A stretch of 64,000 nucleotides of DNA. Source: Macrostomum lignano (lineage: Eukaryota). The stretch lies in NCBI GenBank assembly GCA_002269645.1, contig NIVC01000195.1:310001-374000 (forward strand). The letters run 5' to 3'. Below are positions 21,894 through 32,492 of this stretch, in pieces; positions within the stretch are counted from its first letter, which is position 1; every line of letters begins with the position of its first letter. The translations under genes and the position numbers were made by a program. Below the pieces are notes generated by a model. The model had not been told where the DNA came from. It searched no databases and saw only the letters and a program-made list of their open reading frames with translations.

Positions 21894-23143
21894 TGTTTTT
21901 TCTATGTGGACAGATAATACATGTTTTTGTTAATCTTATAAGCCATATAAGTTATAAGTTAGTTTAATTTAAGATGCAGTAATTATTTATCAAATCAGAT
22001 TATGCATTTTTTCTAGAGAATATTAAAATGAGCTTCATTGCATGATTTGAAAATCTCTGATGTGCTACTTATGCTCTAAAGAAAGAGTAGTATATTCAGA
22101 ACAGTTAATTTATAAATGATAGGCCAGCAATTTTTTTCTGTTACTTTAATATGAGCTACTATTATTTATAATGCCCTATTTCATTCCTATAGACAACTTA
22201 TTGGGTTTTGAATAGCTTTCTAAGTGTTTCCAAATGTTTTGGCAGTCCTTTTTCGAGTTTCTCCGGTGCAACTGTAGGCTCTCAGGTTAGTTCAGCTGAC
22301 CGCTGGCTGATGCGCTGGCTCTGATATTGCTGGCTCACCCGACTGCAAGGCGCGCCTGCGGCCGTGCTGATAACTGCCCCTGCCCCCCCCCCTCCGCGGT
22401 CAAAGTTCGCCCCAAGCTGCGCGCGCACCCCAGAGTGCGGCAGTCCCTCCGTCCCAGATAGCAGCGGCCTCCCTGTGCCAGGCTGCGCTGCTCTGTGACG
22501 CCAGTTCGCTAATAAGCGTGGTAAATAAAATAGTGTGCCGCCTTAATGCCAGTGCAATGTGATGTCAATAGGGACTGTTTTTGTTTAGTTCGGGCGGCAT
22601 AGGCTAATATTTTGCCTGATAGCCCCCCCCCCAGCCTTCCCCTTGTCTTCTCCAGCTCGGTGTTTTGCTTTCACCTAATGGGGAAATGCTGAGCAGAGCT
22701 GACACTCGGACTGCACGCTTGCAGACAGACGGCGCCAGTGTAATAAAAGTATGGGGAAGACGGCGCTTGAGGAAGAATGGCGACTGTCCGGCCCAGCCAG
22801 TGCAGATCGGGTATTCCAATAGCTGACAGGCTGCGATATCTGCAACAAAACTGCGAGCAACCCCCTCCCACCCGGGCATTCCTCCTCCCCGTGTCCCTCC
22901 AGCCAGGCGAAGTGACGCCCGTCTTATTGCCTGTCTGCCCACCGCCTATCTGCTTCGCCCGCCAACCCCCGCCCCTTTCCTGCGCTATATTGAACGCATT
23001 TCATGATTCCAACGCCTGTATGCGCTGCTTCGATTCCAGCCAGTGCCAGTAGCCGCCGCCACTCTGCCGGTGCCGCTGTTGCTCTGTTGCAGGGCTGCTC
23101 CCGGGCTAGCCACTCGAATCCCAGCCAGCGGTAGCCCGCAGCC

Positions 23144-25080
23144 ATGGGCGGCGTGAACAGCCTGTGCATCGGCCGCTGCCGGCACCCGTCCGACACGCCG
23201 GAGAATCACCTGCATTGGCGCCGGCCGCCCCGACCGCTGCCGCCGTCCTCCCTGCAGTGCAAAAATGGAGCCGCGGCCAAGACCCCCGGCACTCCACTTC
23301 GTGTTGACGCGGGCGAAGCTGCTCCAGCCGCTGCCGAGTCCGACGCATCTGCCGTCTTCGGCGACCTTCAGCAGCCGCCGCCGTCGCAACCGACAGAGTC
23401 GCTGCCCGCCCGGCCAAGTCGCTGGTCTCTGCGGGAATCCTTCGGCGGCAAGTCCGGCAAGTCGCACCGGCGCAACCTCAGCGCCGCCTTCTCGCAGATC
23501 TCCAGCCCGGACGACCCTGACGATCCTCAGCGGCAGCGGCTGCCGAAGTTCGAGCTGCTTGAGCTGAACTCGGCCAGCGAGGAGCAGTTTATGACCCTGC
23601 CCGGGGTCAACCGGACCACCGCCGGCAACATCGTGGCCTATCGACGCCAAATTGGCGCCTTTCGCCGCGTCGAGGACCTGGCGCTGGTGCCCGGCATCGG
23701 CGGCGACAAGCTGCGACTGCTGCGCCCGGAGGTCTGCGTCCGCGCCGGCTCGCCCTCTCCTCAGTCCGCTGCGTCGCCAACCTCAGCAAACGGCGGCGCA
23801 AAGCCGCTTGCGCTGAACTCGGCGAACCTGTTCCAGCTGATGCGCCTGCCGGGAGTCTCCCAGTCCACCGCCGAGTCCATCATCGGCGAGCGGCAGCGGC
23901 GCGGCGGCTTTCGCTCCCTTGACGAGGTCGCCGCCCTCCACGGCGTTGGCTGGGGCCTCCTGGCCGGCCTTCGTGGCCGCCTCTGCCTGGACGCCCCGAG
24001 GAGGAGCCGGCCAGCGACCTGCCCGCTGGCGGCATCGGGCGGTTCAGCGAGTCGCAGCTCTGCCTGCTGGCCGAGTGCCGCATCTTCGATCGGCCGTACG
24101 CGCGGCCGCCGACCTGCGCCGCCTTCGACAGCCTGCTGGCCGGGCGGCCTACCGTGCGGATCGCCGCCTGGAATCTCAACCGGCTCAATCTGGAGAAGGC
24201 CTCCAACCCGGGCGTTATGGAGGTTTGTGGGGCTGCCAATTTGTCCAAATAAAAGAAAATTTTACAAAAGTCTTATACTGTCCTGACCTCCCGCCAGGTG
24301 ATCTGCTGCACCCTACTGGAGAACGCCATCTCAGTGCTGGCTGTACAGGAGCTCACGGAGCCGGCCGCTCTGCAGCGCATCTGCGACGAGCTCAACCAGC
24401 CCAGCCTCCCCGCTGTGTTGCGCTGGCGCGGCGGCGACCGCGGCCACTGGACCGCCTGCGTCTCCGAGGCGCCCGTCGGCCGGGCCTTCCAGGCTGCCGA
24501 ATTCGGCGGATTTCTCTGGCGTGCCGGCCCGCAGCTGCGGTTCCGCCAGGCCGCCCCGCTGGAGAAGCCCGGCGCTGGCGGTCGCGCATTCACGCGCAGT
24601 CCGTTTGTTGCGCAGCTGTCCATCGGCGGCTGCCGCCTCCTGGCTGCCAGCCTGCATTTGAAGGCGACGACGCTTGGCGGCGACTCCGCCGGCACCTCTC
24701 GCACCGAGTCCGAGGCCGACTTCCTGCCCGACCTCGCCGACGCCCTCGCCTCCGTCGCCGGCCCCGACGCCCGCTGCCTGCTTCTCGGCGACTTCAACCT
24801 GGCGCCCGACCACGCCGCTTTCGAGCCGCTCCGCCTGATGGGTTACTCCGGTCTGCTGGCCGCTGACGAGCCAACTAACATCAGCCGCGAGTGCCCGGCC
24901 GGCAGCCGCTCCTATGACAACCTGTGGGCCAGTCCGCTGTGCAAGCGGCTCTTCACCGGCCAGGCTGCCGTGGTCCGCAACGGCCTTTTTCATCCGCTCA
25001 TCCCCGCCAACTGGAGCTTCGGCGGCCCCGTCAGCGACCACTGCCCGGTGTACGCCGAGTTCTACTCTGATGCTGAGTAG
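23144..25080 (+). CDS. EEPD1: Endonuclease/exonuclease/phosphatase family domain-containing protein 1 (two HhH domains + EEP domain); exons 23144-24222, 24298-25080
   Basis: N-terminal MG..C, two ComEA-like HhH repeats (LNSASEEQFMTLPGV, LNSANLFQLMRLPGV), RIAAWNL...EKASNPGVME|VICCTLLEN..LAVQE, GDFN, SYDNLW, SDHCPV. One missing C at ~23997 breaks the frame. Confidence 0.92.
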
Positions 25081-25082
25081 CC

Positions 25083-25430
25083 AGGCTGGGGGCTGTGAGC
25101 AGTCAGTTATGAGCAGTAGGCTGGGGACTGTGAGCAGTCAGTTATGATCAGTGGGCTGGGGACTGTGAGCAGTCAGTTATGAGCAGTTGGGAGTCAGTGA
25201 CTACGATATGAGCTGTGACCAATATGCTGTGTGATACCAATACGGAGAGAACGAGTGTGTAGGTGCTAGGGCACATGTGACCAGTCAGCGGTGACAGTGG
25301 GCAGTGACCAGTCAGCTGTGACAGTGGCAGTGACCAGTCAGCTGTGACAGTGGGCAGTGACCAGTCAGCTGTGACAGTGGCAGTGACCAGTCAGCTGTGA
25401 CAGTGGCAGTGACCAGTCAGCTGTGACAGT
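25083..25430. repeat. Two short arrays in the EEPD1 3' region (35 bp x3; 26-27 bp x~6)
   Basis: GGCTGGGGACTGTGAGCAGTCAGTTATGAGCAGTA and GTGACCAGTCAGCTGTGACAGTGGCA. Confidence 0.85.
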
Positions 25431-26120
25431 CGCAGGAACTGGTAAGGGCTGCTGGGGTGTCGCAGGCTCAATAGTACATGATTAATGCAATTATTTGTTG
25501 TTACATGAAATTCACTCTAACTGTACACACTTGCAAATCCCACGTTGGCTTTGACATGCGGGCTTATATTGCGTATTCTAATTATAATGCACTTTTATAT
25601 GAAGCTGGTTTTAAATTGCAAGGCTGTTCTCATCTAAAGCTCATTGTGATGCCTTTCAAGTAAATTTTTAAGTATTTAATTTTCTGCGGTACGTGTTAGA
25701 TGTATAAACCATATTTCCAGTGCGAATTCTGCGCATATTGGTACGAGCTAAAGCGATTTTGCGCTGCTAATTCTGGTCTCCAGGTGGAACCAGCGCGTCT
25801 TCCTCTCTCTCTCTCTCTAGAAATCACCGATTCAAATGCCAAATCCTGTGCTCTGCTTTTCCGCTTTTTACCTTTGAATCATTGCCTTTTATAATCAGTC
25901 AACTTGTACATCTCTGACTTAATTATGGATGATGCTATTTTTATTGTCTGTGCCAGACTCCCATGTTGCCTCATCTTGCTTTATTCTGCGCTTTGCCCAC
26001 CTGTCCCTGCCCCCGCCCCGCCCTCCACCTGTCTACGGAGCCAAATATACAGCAATTAGCTCACCGACCCGCCTGTCTGCGGCTTGCGATTCTTTCTCGG
26101 CGATTCAGTGTAGTCATAAA

Positions 26121-26757
26121 CCGGTGCAGGGATGGTCATACACCAGTGCAGGGATGGTCATACTCCAGTGCAGGGATGGTAATACACCAGTGCAGGGATG
26201 GTCATACTCCAGTGCAGGGATGGTCATACACCAGTGCAGGGATGGTCATACACCAGTGCAGGGATGGTCATACACCAGTGCAGGGATGGTCATACACCAG
26301 TGCAGGGATGGTCATACACCAGTGCAGGGATGGTCATACCCCAATACAGGCATAGTCATACACCAGTGCAGGGATGGTCATACACCAGTGCAGGGATGGT
26401 CATACACCAGTGCAGGGATGGTCATACCCCAATACAGGCATAGTCATACACCAGTGCAGGGATAGTCATACACCAGTGCAGGGATGGTCATACACCAGTG
26501 CAGAGATGGTCATACCCCAATGCAGGCATGGTCATACACCAGTGCAGGCATGGTCATACTCCAGTGCAGGCATGGTCATACTCCAGTGCAGGCATGGTCA
26601 TACTCCAGTGCAGGCATGGTCATACTCCAGTGCAGGCATGGTCATACTCCTGTGCAGGCATGGTCATACTCCAGTGCAGGGATAGTCATACAGCAGTGCA
26701 GGCATGGTCATACCCAAGTGCAGAGATGGTCATACACCAGTGCAGGCATGGTCATAG
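26121..26757. repeat. 22-bp minisatellite, ~29 copies
   Basis: Unit CCAGTGCAGGGATGGTCATACA. Confidence 0.95.
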
Positions 26758-27339
26758 ACTTGGGCTTATAAAGCGGTCATAGATAAATATATAGAAACAG
26801 ACATATCCTTTTTAGATTCATAGAGACAGTCATAGACTGTGATGTGAATTTACATGTGTTCAGCATCAAAGTATTTGCTGCACTGTAGACAGCTCTGTTA
26901 ATCACTGCGACTGTTTTGCGCAGGCCTGATACAGAGCTGCTAAGTGCATTTAGTGAGCGCTCACTCAGTTAACCTCTGCCCTGTGCCGTGCTGCCGTATC
27001 AGCGTCCCCCCCCCGGTGCCCCCTCTGCCATCGCGCCAGGCGCTGAAATTCCATTTAATTCGATCGAACGACATTTCCTTAGCTGTGCTCTTCTGTGCTT
27101 AGGGGGCGCTGGTCACTGCTGCGCTCTCAACTTTAATTGGCCTTTTAATTATCGCCCGATTTTCCACTGGCGTCAAAAGGCTTGCTGTGGCCTTGCAATG
27201 TGTCATCGAATATTTATTCTTACGTAATTTCGTTATCTTTTTAGTCCAGTTTATTTATAGGGCGAACTCTTGGAATTAGCATATGCTATAATAGGAATGA
27301 CCAGCCTGGGGTGGAAGTTGTCAATAGATTATAATAAAA

Positions 27340-27740
27340 GTGGTCATGTACTACAGTGGAGGGGTCATAGATTAGAATGGAAGTGGTCATGTACTACAGT
27401 GGAGGTGGTCATAGATTAGAATGGGAGTGACCATAGATTATAATGGGAGTGACCATAGATTATAATGGGAGTGACCATAGATTATAATGGGAGTGACCAT
27501 AGATTATAATGGGAGTGACCATAGATTATAATGGGAGTGGTCATAGATTAGAATGGAAGTGGTCATAAATTAGAATGAGAGTGGTCATAGATTGGAATGA
27601 GGGTGGCCATAAATTAGAATGGAAGTGGTCATAGATTAGAATGGAAGTGGTCATAGATTAGAATGGAAGTGGTCAGATTAGAATGAAAGTGGTCATAGAT
27701 TAGAGTGGAATAGTGATAGATTGGAATGGGAATGGTCATG
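27340..27740. repeat. 22-bp minisatellite
   Basis: Unit GGTCATAGATTAGAATGGAAGT and variants. Confidence 0.9.
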
Positions 27741-28082
27741 GACTAGAAATATGTATTGGTCATACAGTAGAACGGGAATACTTATTCAATAAAGTTTTAG
27801 TGGTCATACGCTACGAAGTGAATGGTCATAGGCTAGAATATAAATAAGAACGCACTATTATGAAAAAGATCATGCAGTAGCCTTTAAAAGTCAAAGCAGC
27901 AACTCTCATCGATCATAAAAACCTCACGAACTTTATTTCTGTTCAAATTTTGCTCATATCGCAAGCTCTCTGAGAAGTACTCAACGCCGCCGGGCCTCTT
28001 TCAGCAACAGCCCGACTCCAGAGCCGCAAGCAGAGTCACGTGACCCCCCAGCCAGCCAGTCACGCCCCTCTTCGGCGACAAG

Positions 28083-30898
28083 ATGCAGAAGTTCGAGAAG
28101 CTGGAGAAGATCGGTGAAGGCACCTACGGCACGGTGTTCAAGGCGAAGAACAAGGAGACGGGTGAGATCGTTGCCCTCAAGCGGGTCCGCCTGGACGAGG
28201 ACGACGAGGGCGTCCCGAGCTCGGCACTGCGCGAGCTCTGCCTGCTCAAGGAGCTGAAGCACAAGAACGTTGTCCGCCTGCAGGACGTGCTGCACTCTGA
28301 CCACAAGCTCACCATGGTGTTCGAGTTCTGCGACCAGGACCTCAAGAAGTACTTCGACTCCTGCAACGGCGAGGTCGAGGCCGACGTTGTCAAATCGTTC
28401 TTTCATCAGCTGCTCAAGGGGCTCGAGTACTGCCACAAGAACAGCGTGTTGCACAGGTAACCCACCGCAAGCTGTACCAGGTTCCCAACATTTAAACTAC
28501 GCATAAACTCTTCCAGACACCTTCCCATAAACTGCCAGACACCTTCCCATAAACTACCAGACACCTTCCCATAAACTACCAGACACCTTCCCATAAACTA
28601 CCAGACACCTTCCCAAAGACTACCAGACACCTTCGCATAAACTGCCAGACATCTTCTCAAAGACTACCAGACACCTTCGCATAAACTGCCAGACATCTTC
28701 TCAAAGACTACCAGACACCTTCGCATAAACTGCCAGACATCTTCTCAAAGACTACCAGACACCTTCGCAAAAACTGCCAGACATCTTCCCATGAACTACC
28801 AGACACCTTCCCATAAACTACACGACACCTTCCCAAAGACTACCAGACACCTTCGCATAAACTGCCAGACATCTTCCCATAAACTACCAGACACCTTCGC
28901 ATAAACTGCCAGACATCTTCTCAAAGACTACCAGTTCTCAAAGACTACCAGACACCTTCGCATAAACTGCCAGACACCTTCCCATAAACTACCAGACACC
29001 TTCCCAAAGACTACCAGACACCTTCACATAAACTACCAGACACCTTTCCATAACTCTACCAGGCTCCAAACATTGCGACTACCCGACAACCACCAACTAA
29101 GAGTTCACCCCGTACGCTAACAGACATACCCATCAGCTAGATGTGCCTGCAACCTGCACAGTTCCCTGGTCAGCAGGCGTCAGCTTCACCCTCAATTCCC
29201 GCAGGGACCTGAAGCCGCAGAACCTGCTCATCAACAAGAACGGTGAGCTCAAACTGGCCGACTTCGGGCTCGCCCGCGCCTACGGCATCCCGGTGCGCTG
29301 CTACTCAGCCGAAGTGGTCACCCTGTGGTACCGGCCGCCGGACATCTTGTTCGGGGCCAAGCTCTACTCCACTTCTGTGGACACCTGGTCGGCCGGCTGC
29401 ATCTTCGCCGAGCTGTCCAACGCCGGCCGGCCGCTCTTCCCCGGCAACGACGTGGACGACCAGCTGAAGCGGATATTCAAGTGAGCCACTCCGACCTCCT
29501 CGGTCACAAAATCGAAATCTCCTGATGAATGCGCGGCCTTCGAATTGGTCCCTGAACTGCTGCAGGAATTGCCCCTGATGAATTGTGGAAATCGCCCCTG
29601 ATGAATTGTGGAAATCGCCCCTGATGAATTGTGGAAATCGCCCCTGATGAATTGTGGAAATCGCCCCTGATGAATTGTGGAAATCGCCCCTGATGAATTG
29701 TGGAAACCGCCCCTGATGAATTGTGAAAATCGCCCCTGAGCAACTGGGAATCGCCCCTGAGCAACTAGGAATCGCCCCTAAGTAACTGTGGAATCGGGCA
29801 TAAGCCACAAGGAATCGCCCATAAGCCACAAGGAATCGCCCAAAAGCCACATGGAATCGGCCATAAGCCACATGGAATCGGCCATAAGCCACAAGGAATC
29901 GCCCAAAGGCCACATGAAATCGGTCATAAGCCACATGGAATCGGTCATAAGCCACATGGAATCGGCCATAAGCCACATGGAACCGGGCATAAGCCACAAG
30001 GAATCGCCCATAAGCCACATGGAACCGGGCATAAGCCACATGGAACCGGGCATAAGCCACAAGGAATCGCCCATAAGCCACATGAAATCGGTCATAAGCC
30101 ACATGGAATCGGCCATAAGCCACAAGGAATCGCCCATAAGCCACAAGGAATCGCCCATAAGCCACATTGAATCGCCCATAAGCCACATTGAATCGGCCAT
30201 AAGCCACAAGGAATCGCCCATAAGCCACAATGAATCGCCCATAAGCCACAAGGAATCGCCCATAAGCCACAAGGAATCGCCCATAAGCCACAAGGAATCG
30301 CCCATAAGCCACAAGGAATCGCCCATAAGCCACATGGAATCGGCCATAAGCCACAATGAATCGCCCATAAGCCACAAGGAATCGCCCATAAGCCACAAGG
30401 AATCGGCCATAAGCCACATGGAATCGGCCATAAGCCACATTGAATCGGCCATAAGCCACATTGAATCGGCCATAAGCCACATGGAATCGGCCATAAGCCA
30501 CAAGGAATCGGCCATAAGCCACAAGGAATCGGCCATAAGCCACAAGGAATCGCCCATAAGCCACAAGGAATCGCCCATAAGCCACATTGAATCGCCCAAA
30601 AGCCACAAGGAATCGCCCATAAGCCACATGAAATCGGCCATAAGCCACACGGAATCGCCCCGCCACCCGCAGGCTGCTGGGCACGCCAACCGAGGACAGC
30701 TGGCCGGGAGTCACGCAGCTGCCAGACTACAAGTCGTTCCCGCTTTACCCTGGCAGCTCCAGCGTGCAGCAGGTGGTGCCCAGGATGAGCAGCAAAGGCC
30801 GGGACCTGCTCTCCCGCCTGCTGGTCTGCAACCCGCAGTACCGCCTGCACGCGGACCAGGCGCTGCAGCACCCGTACTTCTCCGAGCCCGCCGCCTGA
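28083..30898 (+). CDS. CDK5: Cyclin-dependent kinase 5 (291 aa); exons 28083-28456, 29205-29480, 30673-30898
   Basis: [19 protein letters not shown] helix (CDK5-diagnostic), [25 protein letters not shown]. All splice phases are consistent and give an intact ORF. Confidence 0.98.
28502..29045. repeat. 22-bp minisatellite in CDK5 intron 1
   Basis: Unit TAAACTACCAGACACCTTCCCA. Confidence 0.95.
29510..30660. repeat. Compound minisatellite in CDK5 intron 2 (23-bp, then 20-bp, then 21-bp units)
   Basis: GGAAATCGCCCCTGATGAATTGT changing to GGAATCGCCCATAAGCCACAA. Confidence 0.95.
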
Positions 30899-31503
30899 GC
30901 CTCCGGTCTCTGCTCCCCCTGGCTCTGCTGGCGCGGCCCGTCCAGCTCATTATTGATGCTCCAGTCATCGCGAATTGTGCGAGTTTGCTACTGTCTGATT
31001 CAGCCTACTATGAGTAGAGTGTATAGAACCAATTTGCAATACTGTTTTTTAATTGAGAAATCGCGGTTTTTGATGCGCTCTTTGTTTTCAGATCCTTTCT
31101 TTGATTTGCACGGAATTTTGCCATGCCTGTTTAGCCTGTTGATTCCTAGGCTTAGCTGCTAGTGTACTGCGCTATTGCTGCTGCAATTACCGCTTCTAGT
31201 CATTCGGTGTCGTGTGTTGTGCTACTAATTCTGGTATGTTCCACTGCCTCTGTCTGGCCTTGTCGGATCAACTCGCCAGGTCAGCTGAGGTTCTCAAAAT
31301 GATTGCATAATCCGAATGCCCGATTTGCCCGGCCTGCCCTCCCGCCTCCCGCGTACTCTGTGATCCGCTCTCAGAGCTTGGCTGGTCACCGATTCGTGAT
31401 GCTGCGAATTGCTAAATATAAAATATATGCGATTTCCATATATGCCTACTGGGTGGCACCGCTGGCCCACACACTTATTCACCGTTCGCGTCCTTGTGTC
31501 ATT

Positions 31504-32432
31504 CTATGAGCAGGTAGGAGTAGCCTATTGTCACTATGAGCAGGTAGTAGTAGCTGATTGTCACTCTATGAGCAGGTAGGAGTAGCCGATTGCCACTCTA
31601 TGAGCAGGTAGGAGTAGCTGATTGTCATTCTATGAGCAGGTAGGAGTAGCCTATTGTCACTATGAGCAGGTAGTAGTAGCTGATTGTCACTCTATGAGCA
31701 GGTAGGAGTAGCCGATTGCCACTCTATGAGCAGGTAGGAGTAGCTGATTGTCATTCTATGAGCAGGTAGGAGTAGCCTATTGTCACTATGAGCAGGTAGT
31801 AGTAGCTGATTGTCACTCTATGAGCAGGTAGGAGTAGCCGATTGCCACTCTATGAGCAGGTAGGAGTAGCTGATTGTCACTCTATGAGCAGGTAGGAGTA
31901 GCTGATTGTCACTCTATGAGCAGGTAGGAGTAGCTGATTGTCACTCTATGAGCAGGTAGGAGTAGCTGATTGTCACTCTATGAGCAGGTAGGAGTAGCTG
32001 ATTGTCACTCTATGAGCAGGTAGGAGTAGCTGATTGTCACTCTATGAGCAGGTAGGAGTAGCCGATTGCCACTCTATGAGCAGGTAGGAGTAGCCGATTG
32101 CCACTCTATGAGCAGGTAGTAGTAGCTGATTGTCACTCTATGAGCAGGTAGGAGTAGCTGATTGTCACTCTATGAGCAGGTAGGAGTAGCTGATTGTCAC
32201 TCTATGAGCAGGTAGGAGTAGCTGATTGTCACTCTATGAGCAGGTAGGAGTAGCTGATTGTCACTCTATGAGCAGGTAGGAGTAGCTGATTGTCACTCTA
32301 TGAGCAGGTAGGAGTAGCTGATTGTCACTCTATGAGCAGGTAGTAGTAGCTGATTGTCACTCTATGAGCAGGTAGGAGTAGCCGATTGCCACTCTATGAG
32401 CCAGTATCAACAGCTGATTTCACACTATGAGC
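31504..32432. repeat. 32-bp minisatellite between CDK5 and TBL3, with a 126-bp higher-order unit at the left end
   Basis: Unit CTATGAGCAGGTAGGAGTAGCTGATTGTCACT. Confidence 0.95.
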
Positions 32433-32492
32433 AGGCAGAGGAGCGGCAACAATACGCAGCCGGCTTTCTATTGCATGCAGCATCAGCCCAGC

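Noticed and set aside
23880-25041. Antisense and alternative-frame ORFs over GC-rich exons (also at TBL3, MED27, SLC22 and pol)
   Set aside because: Shadow ORFs of GC-rich coding sequence with no recognisable motifs.
29560-29740. Repeated CTGATGA...GAAA resembling tandem minimal hammerhead ribozymes
   Set aside because: Stem II closing pair is A-G, and there is no stem III or NUH cleavage triplet in register. The motif disappears as the array unit changes.
29305-31017. Long ORFs over satellites (also 21041-21967, 34590-35807, 41890-42825, 57140-57981, 59096-60750)
   Set aside because: Open in several frames or both strands because the units lack stops. They lie in introns or spacers of well-supported genes and translate to pure repeats.
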